Below are positions 19,356 through 28,633 of a DNA stretch of 62,719 nt, in pieces. The notes beneath the pieces are model-generated. The model was not told the DNA's origin. It saw only the letters and a list, made by a program, of their open reading frames with translations, and made no database searches. The stretch lies in assembly GCA_033763455.1 (NCBI GenBank), contig JANRKO010000051.1, positions 1 to 62,719 on the forward strand. Reading direction: 5' to 3'. This DNA is from Polyangiaceae bacterium. GTDB taxonomy: Bacteria; Myxococcota_A; Polyangia; Polyangiales; Polyangiaceae. Positions within the stretch are counted from its first letter, which is position 1; every line of letters begins with the position of its first letter. A program made the position numbers and the translations under genes.

Positions 19356-19797
19356 GTCGGTGGTTCGCTCGAACCACGCTCCAACCAGGCGCGATGAATA
19401 TCCCGCAGTCGATGCGGGAATTTCATGGTGGAAGAGCAGCGGTGCAAACGGCTGGCTGCCCAAGCTTCGTGCCCCCGCTGCACGTTGTGAGAAGGTGCGG
19501 CAAACCACCTCATGCGAAGGACCGGATCGCCCCCGACGGACTTGAAGGTCCGAGATCGACGGCGACAGTTACCGATTATTAGCCGATTGATTTGAGACCT
19601 TCTCGCAAGGGTTGGATTGGCCGCGACGGTCATCCCATAGCTTGCGCCTCGGCTCAAACGCGCGAGGAGCGCCGGCTACGCGTGACGAGTGGCAAAACTG
19701 GAAGCTTGCGACGCTCCGTAGATATTCGTTTACCAAAGCCGGCGCTCGCGCTAACACGGCTCGCCGAATCGGTACTTCTGGCTTGGAAACGTGGTGA

Positions 19798-20619
19798 ATG
19801 GCGAAAGCGAAACCTAAGAACGCGAAGAAGAAGAAGCCAGCCTGGCGAGGCATGGTGCCAGGTGGGAAGGTGCTCCCGAGCATGACGCTCGATGAGCTGC
19901 GCAACGTGAAGCACGCGCACGCCTTTCTGACCGAGGCATTCCCTGGGCCGCCCATCATAGGCTACACGGTGCGTTCGTTTCGTTTCTGCCAGTTGTTCGC
20001 CACAGCTTGCGTCGTCGAGAATAAGTTCCCGCCGCTAACGCGCTGCTGGAAAGAGCTCGACCGGTTATTTACGAGGGATGCCGCTTTCAGAGATGGGATG
20101 TTCGTGCCGAGTTGGATCATGTTCGATTTCCCTTGTGAGTCGAATGGCCGCACTCTGCTCGATTGCTTTGAGGACTTCCTGGATGAAAATGGGCGCGAGC
20201 ACTTCGCGGTATTTCTTTCGGCAATAAGGCCGACTCGCCTTGGCCTTTACCAAGAGATTTTACGCACCGCTAAGGTCGTCAAATACCGGGAGCTCTTCAC
20301 TGAGCGCGTGACGGAGGTGGTCCCGTCGATCGAGGGAGGAAGTCCCGGAGAGATTGTGCTCGGTCGCGTGGTGGAGTTGGACGGCCAGGCTTACTTCTGG
20401 GGTGACGTGAAGGCGTTTCCAGCGGAAAAACGGGCCGACATTGAGGACATGGTGGCGGGGAAGCTGTTTTACTTCGAAGGCGAAGCCCCAACCATGGGTG
20501 GGCTCTACGAGGCGTTCATGAAGCTCGCCGGGCCGTACTGGATGTCAATCGTTGCAAGCAACGACAGGTTGCCCATTCTCGACCCCGACCACTACCAGAC
20601 CTACTTAACGTCGGTTTAG
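19798..20619 (+). CDS. Hypothetical protein (273 aa)
   Basis: Long intact ORF with a Lys-rich N-terminus and protein-like composition. No family recognised with confidence. Confidence 0.75.
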   Translation: MAKAKPKNAKKKKPAWRGMVPGGKVLPSMTLDELRNVKHAHAFLTEAFPGPPIIGYTVRSFRFCQLFATACVVENKFPPLTRCWKELDRLFTRDAAFRDGMFVPSWIMFDFPCESNGRTLLDCFEDFLDENGREHFAVFLSAIRPTRLGLYQEILRTAKVVKYRELFTERVTEVVPSIEGGSPGEIVLGRVVELDGQAYFWGDVKAFPAEKRADIEDMVAGKLFYFEGEAPTMGGLYEAFMKLAGPYWMSIVASNDRLPILDPDHYQTYLTSV

Positions 20620-20795
20620 GCCAGCAACTCGCGGGTGTAGCTTTGGCCAGGCTGCAGGTGCGGCCAAACATGGCCATCGACGCCGTCGTGATGGCGTCAG
20701 CTGCCATGTGCGGCGACGTGGTGTATTCGGCCGACGTCGGCGATCTTACGAAGTTTCAGGAGGTCTTCCCATCTGTGCGCGTGCTCGGGATCTAG
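20620..20795 (+). pseudogene. PIN-domain (VapC-like) toxin 3' fragment
   Basis: LAGVALARL...AIDAVVMASAAMCGDVVYSADVGDLTKF...VRVLGI* matches a PIN C-terminal half. 5' half is absent. Confidence 0.65.
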
Positions 20796-20901
20796 CGCGG
20801 GAATACGCGGGAGGTGGGCCTGGTTCACCAAATCCGCAGCCGAAGGCCGCCCCGTAAACGTCCCTCCCCACCAAGCGCGCGTTCTCTGCTACGCTCACCG
20901 G

Positions 20902-21264
20902 GTGATAGAAGAGCACGAGCCCTACCTCCGGGCCTGGAGAGCGCGAGATGCGGAAAGTGCAGGTCGTGCTCGAGAGCTCGCGAGCCGCGCGCGCGGTATC
21001 GCGGAAAGGTTGGCTCGAACGCTCCGGGGTGGCTTCGGTGCGCGCAGGGTTTGGTTGATTGGTTCAACGTGTATTCCCGAGAGCTTCAAGACAACTTCAG
21101 ATATTGACTTAGTGGTCGAGGGCCTACCAATCGATCAGCTCTTTCGAGCGGGAGCAGATCTGGAACGCGATGCTGAGGGGTTTAGGGTGGATCTCATTCC
21201 CTTCGAAAGTGCCACTCCAGGCCTGCTCAGTATCCTCAAAGCGGAAGGGATCCTCTTGGAATGA
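20902..21264 (+). CDS. Minimal nucleotidyltransferase (MNT, MntA-like antitoxin)
   Basis: RVWLIGS...SDIDLVVEGL...FRVDLIP motifs, 120 aa. Confidence 0.88.
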   Translation: MIEEHEPYLRAWRARDAESAGRARELASRARGIAERLARTLRGGFGARRVWLIGSTCIPESFKTTSDIDLVVEGLPIDQLFRAGADLERDAEGFRVDLIPFESATPGLLSILKAEGILLE

Positions 21265-21278
21265 CGGACACCCTGCCC

Positions 21279-21968
21279 CTACCTCCCCGGCAATTTCGCC
21301 GTAGCTGGCGACAAGAATACCCAATCGAAGCTTAACAGCGCGCGCCCAAAAAAGCCTTCTCCTCCGCCGGAGCGCAGCCCGCTTTGAGCCATAAGCCAAA
21401 CTCCGTTGGCTTCTCCAAGGAGCGGAACGCCGAACTCAAGCCACACTTCGCCACCGCCTCCGTCGCCGAAGGTTTTTCCGCTCGGCGTTGTTGCAAAGCC
21501 ACCGGCCCCGAGCGTCAGCGAATCGAGCGTGAGATCCAATACCGCTGGCCCTCGTTCAAGATCTTCCCGCCAGCGCAACAAGAACAATGGCCTGAGCAGC
21601 ATACCCAGGCTTCCTGCGCGGTCCACGCCAGCGCCGGATGTTTGCTTTGAGAGCGTCTCTTCGTAATTGGCGTAGACGCCCAGTGTCCAGAAAATATGGC
21701 CTTCCGCACCGAGCACGAGCCGTGTTCCTGGCTCGCCAAAGCTTATGTGCGGCCCCGCACGCAAGCTAAGATCCAGATCACCATCGAAGCGCCCATACAC
21801 TCCGTCCGACGTCGTCGACGAAGCTGCCTGTGCGGTGCCAGCGCCGAGGAGAAACCAAAACACGGCCACCATCGCACCTGCTCGGTGGGCCCACGAGCGC
21901 CGCATGTTGCGCAGATTCCGGAATGAAAGCCGTGACATCGAAGCCTTGCGCGCTCTTAGGGGATCCAT
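21279..21968 (-). CDS. Hypothetical exported protein, probably outer-membrane beta-strand type
   Basis: Signal ending AQA, amphipathic beta-strand pattern (DGVYGRFDGDLDL). Exact start uncertain. Confidence 0.65.
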   Translation of the reverse strand: MDPLRARKASMSRLSFRNLRNMRRSWAHRAGAMVAVFWFLLGAGTAQAASSTTSDGVYGRFDGDLDLSLRAGPHISFGEPGTRLVLGAEGHIFWTLGVYANYEETLSKQTSGAGVDRAGSLGMLLRPLFLLRWREDLERGPAVLDLTLDSLTLGAGGFATTPSGKTFGDGGGGEVWLEFGVPLLGEANGVWLMAQSGLRSGGGEGFFGRALLSFDWVFLSPATAKLPGR

Positions 21969-23281
21969 TTTCGTGTAGCGAGCTCACGCTTCAAATCAGC
22001 GCGAATTTCCGGTGGAAAAATCAGGCGGATGCGCTCCATGTGTTCGTCGCGCAGGCGGCTGAGCAAGAAGGAGACCTCGCCGGGGCGGCGGGTTTCACCC
22101 TCCGGAAACACCACCATCAAGGGTTCATCGCCGTCTTCGAACGGTGCAATAGAGGCGGTGTCGAGCCCGACGTAGGTGTCTGGATCCAAGCCCTGTGCCT
22201 TGCACAGCGAACGGGCCACCTCGAGTGCCTGCCGTCTTGGCCCGGGTGCTGCGGCGTCGCCGTAGAGGTCGTAGGTTTTGAAGAGGCGCCGAGCCACGAG
22301 GCGTTGGCAAAGATCGGCCAGGATTGGATCCTGTGCCGAGCGCCAGGCGCCGATGCTATGCCAGAGGGAGCTGTCGTCCATGTCGAGGTAATCATGAAGG
22401 GTGGCCTCTCCGGTGGTGCAGAGGTCGCGCAAAGCGCGAGGCACCTCTTCAATGCGTTTTCCGTTGCCTAGGAGCGTGCGAAGCCGCGCCAAAATTCCGG
22501 TGAGCATCCATTCGCTCGCACGGCAGGCCTTGTGAAAATAAACCTGCTGAAACATGAACATTCGGGAGAGCACGAAAGATTCGATGGCTGGGAGGCCGCG
22601 AGCTCCGTCGATAGCCAGAGGGGGCGCGCTTTGATCGTTTTCGGGGATGCCGAAGCGTAGGCTGCGAATGAGCCAATCGAGGTCAAAATGCCCGTACGTT
22701 ACGCCGGTGAAGTACGCGTCGCGGAGCAAGTAGTCGCAGCGATCCACGTCGAAGATGCCGCTTACGGCTCGCGCTAGGTAGCGAAGTTCGTGGCGACCAT
22801 TTACGAGTTCGGCTACGCGCTTCGGGAGCGTCGGTTCGTAGTTTTGGAGGACCTGATGCACCTCTGTGGCTTCGTCGAGCAAGATGCGCGTCGTCCACGC
22901 TTCATGCCGCCCACCTTCGGGGAGGGCTGCTTCGAATAGGTGCGAGAAAGGCCCGTGTCCGATGTCGTGCAAGAGGGCGGCGGCGAGTGCCTCCACTTTT
23001 CGATCGGAGGTAACCCGCTGCCAAAACGGAAGCTCATTGTCGAGGGAGCGCAGGTGCGAAAGGAGCTGCTTCATCACGTGGGCAGCACCAATGGCGTGCG
23101 AGAAGCGAGTATGTTCAGCGCCGGGGTAGGCAAGTGAAGCGAGCCCCAATTGACGAATGCGGCGCAGCCGCTGCATTTCGCGGGTTTCGAGCAGAGCTTC
23201 GACGATGGATTCTTCGGGCCCCTCAAAAGAAACCAGGCCGTGAATGGGGTCGCGCAGGATCATTGGCCGCGAGCTTGCCAC
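21956..23281 (-). CDS. HD-domain phosphohydrolase (SAMHD1-like dNTPase family)
   Basis: RDPIHG, QRLRRIRQLG, HTRFSHAIG, LLHDIGHGPFSH, DVDRCDYLLRD and VYFHK motifs. Confidence 0.92.
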   Translation of the reverse strand: MASSRPMILRDPIHGLVSFEGPEESIVEALLETREMQRLRRIRQLGLASLAYPGAEHTRFSHAIGAAHVMKQLLSHLRSLDNELPFWQRVTSDRKVEALAAALLHDIGHGPFSHLFEAALPEGGRHEAWTTRILLDEATEVHQVLQNYEPTLPKRVAELVNGRHELRYLARAVSGIFDVDRCDYLLRDAYFTGVTYGHFDLDWLIRSLRFGIPENDQSAPPLAIDGARGLPAIESFVLSRMFMFQQVYFHKACRASEWMLTGILARLRTLLGNGKRIEEVPRALRDLCTTGEATLHDYLDMDDSSLWHSIGAWRSAQDPILADLCQRLVARRLFKTYDLYGDAAAPGPRRQALEVARSLCKAQGLDPDTYVGLDTASIAPFEDGDEPLMVVFPEGETRRPGEVSFLLSRLRDEHMERIRLIFPPEIRADLKRELATRKWIP

Positions 23282-23541
23282 GATGCGGTGCAGGAAGGCT
23301 CCTTTAGAACGTCTCGCGCTGAGACTCGCTGTTCAAGTTTTGCCGAAAGCCGTGCGGAGCGGCGTGAGGCCACCGTGCAGATCCCGAAGAACGAGGGTGG
23401 ACACAGCCCCGCTCAAACGGCATCGTTCCCCGATCTATCGTTCATCATGCGGCCGTTCGGCCAAGTAGGCCTGGACAACGCGGCGTATTCAGGTTTTGCT
23501 TCCCTGCTTCTAGCCCGGCCTCTGTCCCAGCTTGGGACCTA

Positions 23542-25770
23542 ATGAGCCCCCGAGTTTCCCCAATGACGCGTGCACCGAAGTCGAAGAATCCGCCCCCGCC
23601 AGTCCTTTCCCTGCGGCTTGAGGAAATCCTCCGTCAGCTCCCGGAAGCGGAGTTGGGGTCGATCATCCAGCGCATCGGCATCTCCGTAGACGCCAACAAG
23701 CGCATTGATGTCTCATCCCAGGTGGCGCGCGCACTGCTCATGTTGCCTGAAGCGAGGGACCCCAACCACTTCCCAGGGCCCACGCGCGAGCTCTTGTACC
23801 GAATCGCCGAAGCCAAAGGAGCTCTGAGGGTCCCCGAGCTTCCTGCGGCCGTCGAGCCGCTCGTGCAACGTGGAATGGTGTACGCGCGCGACCTTGCGGG
23901 TGGTGACGTACTGCTCGTCCTACCCATTGCGTTCATGATGCAGTTGAAGTCCTGGGAGGGTGAAGATCCTCGTGGGCTACGAGCGCTTCTTGCCCAGCTC
24001 CATCCGGACGTCGCTTCTAGCATTGCGTCTCACTACTTGGGGCGTACCGCGACGCCACCTGTGGCCCTCTCTTTGGAAGTAGCATGGGAGGCTGTGTCTG
24101 ATCCGAGCGTCCTTGCTCAAGAGGTTGAGAAGCTGGCGCCGATGGAGCGCAAGCTCTTGCAGGCCATCGAGCGTGTTGGCGGCGAGGTCGATACGGAGGA
24201 GCTGTTGGATCTTGAGCGCGAGCCGATGCGCCTTCGGGGCGCTATGGGGGCCACCCCATCTAGGCGGGGCGTTGGATTTGCTCTGGAGCGTCGCGGCTTT
24301 CTGATGCCGGTGCATCCCAATCGCCACCTGGTTCCCACCGAGGTGGCTGAGTTGGTGGGGGCTGAGAGGCGCAAGGAGCGTGAAGCGCATCGTCGCGATA
24401 TCCGTACGTTTGTGCTGGGCGAAGATCATTCCCCCAGGCGAGCTCGTTTTGCGGAAGATCCAGTACCGCTCGCGCTGGCTATGGCGCTCGTCGTGCGAGA
24501 CCCGGGTGTGGAGGTGCGCGCGGGGGTAGGTACTCCACGTTCGTTGATTGCGAAGTTTGCAACGCGCTTTGGTCGTTCGCCTGAGGATGTCGCGATGGTA
24601 GCCGCCCTGAGCCGTGCGATTGGGCTCTGGGACCCATCGGCCATGGGCGTGGCGTCCCCCCCTGGCTCGTATACGGTGGGTGGTCTACTGCGCGAGCTGT
24701 TCCGTGCGTGGGAACGCGGTGGCGCTTGGGATGAAGCGCGCACCGATGGTGAGGTGGTGCGTGCTCAGGGTGAAGCTCGGGAGGCGAGTGCGGTCGGCGT
24801 GATCCGCTCGATGGTATTGGAGGCTCTTCGGGAGCTGAGCGACGGCCGCTGGGCTCCCTGGGAAGCCGTCGCAAGTTATGTGCGCTCGGACAGCCGAACT
24901 CCCGGGCTCACCCGCTTGATTGAGCGCTGGGCTCAACGGGCAATGGTGGAAGCCTTGAGCCCCGCTGAAATCGCGGCAAAAGTGGCGCTTGAGAGCCTAC
25001 ATGTGCTCGGAATTGTGGACCTCGGAGATCCTGAGAGTGACTCCGATAGCGAAAACGTACTGCCCACCATTCGCATCACTCCGCGTGGGCGGGAGCTTCT
25101 TAATGGATCCGGCGAGCCAGAGGCCGAAGATGTTTGTCGCTTTGTTGATAATCAAACGTTGCGTGTAGGGCGTTCCGCTACCGTGGGTCAGGTGGTGGCG
25201 CTTTCACCGTTTGTTGAGATTGGCCGTTGCACGGGGGCGCTCGATCTCGCCATAAGCCCGCAGACGGTGTCGCAGGCGTTAAGTGCGGGCTTTGAAGGTG
25301 AGGTCATTCAGGCTCGGCTGGAGGCTGTGGCGGCCCTGCCCGATCCGATTGCACGCCTTTTGGCTCAGGCTACAGCCGTGCTTGGCCGGGCCGAGTTCGT
25401 GGCCACCGCCGGCTTCATTTGGGTTGAGGATCCCGAAATTCGAGAGCTCCTGAGAAGCCGCCGGCAGACCGCAGATCTATTTATTGATCCTTCGCCTCCT
25501 TCCGGTCTCCTGCTCGCGGCGGGGGTGGATATGGACCGCTTGGCGCGTCGTTGCCGTTCATTGGGCGTTGAGCTCTATGTAGAAGGGGAGGTGCACCGTA
25601 CGCGTTCGATCGCGCCCCCCGCGCGCGGGAGCGGCGCACGCCGGCTAGATTCGGGGACACTCAAGCCTCCGAGTTCGCGCCAGGGTACTCGGGGGCAGCG
25701 CGGAGCGAGCAGTCGCTCCTCGCAGTCGATGCCCGCCATACAAGTTAAGCGCGGCACCGAGACTGATTAG
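23542..25770 (+). CDS. Large hypothetical protein with probable helicase-associated (Helicase_C_3-like) C-terminal region
   Basis: 742-aa ORF with winged-helix-like segments, RITPRG motif and ISPQTVSQALSAG segment. No Walker A. Confidence 0.65.
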   Translation: MSPRVSPMTRAPKSKNPPPPVLSLRLEEILRQLPEAELGSIIQRIGISVDANKRIDVSSQVARALLMLPEARDPNHFPGPTRELLYRIAEAKGALRVPELPAAVEPLVQRGMVYARDLAGGDVLLVLPIAFMMQLKSWEGEDPRGLRALLAQLHPDVASSIASHYLGRTATPPVALSLEVAWEAVSDPSVLAQEVEKLAPMERKLLQAIERVGGEVDTEELLDLEREPMRLRGAMGATPSRRGVGFALERRGFLMPVHPNRHLVPTEVAELVGAERRKEREAHRRDIRTFVLGEDHSPRRARFAEDPVPLALAMALVVRDPGVEVRAGVGTPRSLIAKFATRFGRSPEDVAMVAALSRAIGLWDPSAMGVASPPGSYTVGGLLRELFRAWERGGAWDEARTDGEVVRAQGEAREASAVGVIRSMVLEALRELSDGRWAPWEAVASYVRSDSRTPGLTRLIERWAQRAMVEALSPAEIAAKVALESLHVLGIVDLGDPESDSDSENVLPTIRITPRGRELLNGSGEPEAEDVCRFVDNQTLRVGRSATVGQVVALSPFVEIGRCTGALDLAISPQTVSQALSAGFEGEVIQARLEAVAALPDPIARLLAQATAVLGRAEFVATAGFIWVEDPEIRELLRSRRQTADLFIDPSPPSGLLLAAGVDMDRLARRCRSLGVELYVEGEVHRTRSIAPPARGSGARRLDSGTLKPPSSRQGTRGQRGASSRSSQSMPAIQVKRGTETD

Positions 25771-27036
25771 TCACGCGCGGGCGCGGCGTTTGACCCATTC
25801 AGCCGGGTCTTCGGCTGGGGACACGCTCACGATGCGCCCAGCTCGTACAAAGATTTCTGCCGGCAGCGCTCGAGCGTTGTACTGGCTTGCCATCACGTAG
25901 CCGTAAGCTCCTGCGTCCCGAATCACGACGTGGCTCGGCGCCTGCTCACCCAAGAGGTGCTGGCCAAAATCGTCCGAGCTTTCACATACGGGCCCCACCA
26001 CCTTCCACTCCACAGTGCCGGTGCCACCTGTGAGTGGTTCGACGCGGTGGTGTGCGCCGTAGAGCGCGGGGCGAATCAAGTCGTTCATGCCTGCGTTGAT
26101 CATGAGCCAACGCCTGCCGCTGGCGTGTTTCTCTGAGAGCACCTGAGCGACGAGTACTCCATTGGCACCCACCAAGGAGCGACCCGGCTCGGCGATGAGT
26201 TGTACGTCGAGTGCGTACTCTTTGAGCAGACCGCACGCAGCACGAATGTAGTCGCCGATAGGGGCGTAGGTACCGCTGCCATAGTTGATCCCAAAGCCGC
26301 CACCGAAGTCGCAGAAGGTGAGGGGGCCAGCCTTTTCCTGACGAGCCTTGGCAATCTCACACACGACTCGGGCCGCCTCAAGGTACGGCTCCGGAGTGCT
26401 TAACATCGAACCCACGTGCGTCGAGATCCCCACTGCCTTCAGCGTTGCGGCATGGCGATCGATCACCTCAAACGCGGCAGGTATGTCGTTCACAGCAATG
26501 CCGAACTTTGCGGCATCGTGCCCGGTAGCTATGTGCGAGTGGGTCTCAAACCGCACATTCGGGTTGACGCGCAGCGAGACTCTAGCCGGAACACCCAGGG
26601 CTTGTGCGCGCGCACTCACCCGAGCGAGCTCTTCAACACTCTCCACCTGAAGCGCCAAAATGCCGCGCCCGATGGCGCGCTCAATTTCGTCGTCCGATTT
26701 GGCGACTCCGCTCATCACAATTCGCTCTCTGGGCACCTGGCAAGCGAGAGCAAGTTCGAGCTCTCCACCGCTCACCACGTCCGCGCCGGCGCCTTGGCCC
26801 GTGATGGCCCGAATAACCGTGCCTGCCGAGTTCGCTTTCACGGCGTATGCGATGAAGCCTCGCTGCGTGCCGAAGGCGGCCATCGCTTCTGCCGCGATCT
26901 GCGCCATCGCTCCAACATCGTAAACGTACGCCGGCGTCGTGACGTTCGCCTGACTCACCGCGTCTGCGACGCGCATACCACCCATGAGGGCCTCTTGTTG
27001 CGCGTTGCGTCGAAAGCCCATCGTTTCGGTTTCCAA
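25771..27036 (-). CDS. lysA: Diaminopimelate decarboxylase
   Basis: YAVKAN, HIATG..KFG, HVGS, GGGFG, EPGR, GPVCESSD, GAYG and YN motifs. Confidence 0.93.
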   Translation of the reverse strand: METETMGFRRNAQQEALMGGMRVADAVSQANVTTPAYVYDVGAMAQIAAEAMAAFGTQRGFIAYAVKANSAGTVIRAITGQGAGADVVSGGELELALACQVPRERIVMSGVAKSDDEIERAIGRGILALQVESVEELARVSARAQALGVPARVSLRVNPNVRFETHSHIATGHDAAKFGIAVNDIPAAFEVIDRHAATLKAVGISTHVGSMLSTPEPYLEAARVVCEIAKARQEKAGPLTFCDFGGGFGINYGSGTYAPIGDYIRAACGLLKEYALDVQLIAEPGRSLVGANGVLVAQVLSEKHASGRRWLMINAGMNDLIRPALYGAHHRVEPLTGGTGTVEWKVVGPVCESSDDFGQHLLGEQAPSHVVIRDAGAYGYVMASQYNARALPAEIFVRAGRIVSVSPAEDPAEWVKRRARA

Positions 27037-27182
27037 GGTGGCATCTGCATACCAGCGGGAAGCATCGGGTCAACCTAACTCGTCTTCTCTTGGAAGGCTG
27101 AGGTCGGGGCTGGTCATCCGGTTCGGCAAAAGCTAGGTTCGTCGCCTCCCTTTAGTCACAACGCGGAAACCTGAATCTCCCC

Positions 27183-28613
27183 ATGACTCGTCGTACCAAA
27201 ATTGTCTGCACGCTTGGCCCCGCCGTCGACACACTCGAACAAATTGAAAAGCTCATTCTCGCGGGAATGAACGTCGCTCGCCTCAATTACGCACAAGGGA
27301 GCCCCACCGAGCACGGTCGCCGAATTGCGCTCGTGCGAGAAGCTTCAAAACGTCTCAAGATCCCAGTCGCCATTCTTCAGGATCTATGTGGCCCGAAGAT
27401 CCGCACGCTCCACCGGGATCCGGTGGAGCTCCAGGTCGGTGGAACACACGTGCTCGTGGGTGCTCGCGATCCGCTACGTGAAGCGGAGCTCAAAGCTCAG
27501 AACAACGTAATTGGCGTTGATTATGATCGCCTCAGCAAGGATCTGATTGTGGGCAGCCACATTATGTTCGCCGATGGGCACCTGCAGATGCTCGTCACGA
27601 AGATTGAAGGTGAAGAAGTTCACTGCGTCGTGGAGCACGGGGGAACGCTTCGCCCGCGTGCAGGAGTGAATCTGCCAGCGGATCAGATCCAGTTGCCCGC
27701 GCTCACAACCGAAGATCGTGAGCACCTCAAGCAAGGCCTTGCCGCGGGGGTTGATTGGGTATCGCTTTCCTTCGTTCGTGAGGCTTCGGAGGTGCACGAG
27801 CTTCGCGCCTTGTGCGCGTCGTTGGGTCGCCCCACGCCCGTTATATCGAAGATCGAAACACCGAGCGCCATTAGAAATCTTGACTCTATAGTGCGAGCTT
27901 CGGACGGCATCATGGTAGCGCGCGGAGATCTTGGCGTGGAATTCCCGCCGGAAGATGTGCCGGTGTTGCAGCGCCAAATTGTAGAGGCTTCCCGCCTTTT
28001 TCGTAAGCCGGTGATCGTTGCCACAGAGATGTTGCAGTCGATGATTCACTCTTCACGCCCAACCCGAGCGGAAACGAGTGACGTGGCGGCCGCGGTGTAC
28101 GGCGGCGCCGATGCCGTCATGCTTTCGGCGGAGACGGCGATTGGTGAGTACGCCGTAGGTGCTTGCACGATGATGGCCCGCATCATTGAGCGGAGCGAAG
28201 AGAGCGCGTATTTCGATCCTCCGAGCGGTGATAACGGAGGGCCAGCCACGGTGGCGATTGCTTACGCCGCACGTCAAATTTCGACCAGCGTCGGTGCACA
28301 ATTGATTGTGGCGCTCACCGAATCCGGAGCTACCGCGCAGTTGGTTTCAAAAGCGCGCCCGCAGGTGCCCATCATTGCGTACTCCTCGAGCGAAGTGACG
28401 CTAAATCGGCTCGCCCTTTTATGGGGAGTGGAGCCCGCATACCTCGAAGGGGGAGGAGCCAAGCAAGACCTTCAGGCCACGATTGATTTCATTTCACGGG
28501 ACTTGAAAGAGCGCCAGCGGCTAGCAAGCGGCCAGTCGTACGTGCTTACCTACGGCGTGAAAATGGGCGTCGAAGGTTCAACTAACGCACTTCGGGTTGA
28601 GACGTTACCCTAA
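27183..28613 (+). CDS. pyk: Pyruvate kinase
   Basis: RRTKIVCTLGPA, DLCGPKIR, SKIE, MVARGDLGVE and PTRAE motifs. Confidence 0.93.
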   Translation: MTRRTKIVCTLGPAVDTLEQIEKLILAGMNVARLNYAQGSPTEHGRRIALVREASKRLKIPVAILQDLCGPKIRTLHRDPVELQVGGTHVLVGARDPLREAELKAQNNVIGVDYDRLSKDLIVGSHIMFADGHLQMLVTKIEGEEVHCVVEHGGTLRPRAGVNLPADQIQLPALTTEDREHLKQGLAAGVDWVSLSFVREASEVHELRALCASLGRPTPVISKIETPSAIRNLDSIVRASDGIMVARGDLGVEFPPEDVPVLQRQIVEASRLFRKPVIVATEMLQSMIHSSRPTRAETSDVAAAVYGGADAVMLSAETAIGEYAVGACTMMARIIERSEESAYFDPPSGDNGGPATVAIAYAARQISTSVGAQLIVALTESGATAQLVSKARPQVPIIAYSSSEVTLNRLALLWGVEPAYLEGGGAKQDLQATIDFISRDLKERQRLASGQSYVLTYGVKMGVEGSTNALRVETLP

Positions 28614-28633
28614 GTGCCAGGGACGCATGAGGG

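Noticed and set aside
19566..19595. dif/Xer site
   Set aside because: The left arm resembles a XerC arm but there is no TTATGTTAA-like XerD arm.
18855..19657. ORFs 18855-19508 and 19193-19657 as real genes
   Set aside because: Each contains only a piece of the deleted AAA-DUF4143 gene plus non-coding read-through.
15930..21300. Integron cassette array explaining the patchwork island
   Set aside because: No paired RYYYAAC...GTTRRRY attC structures and no integrase found.
23150..23542. 130-aa ORF upstream of the large hypothetical gene
   Set aside because: It overlaps the HD gene antisense and the divergent promoter region, with no coding signal.
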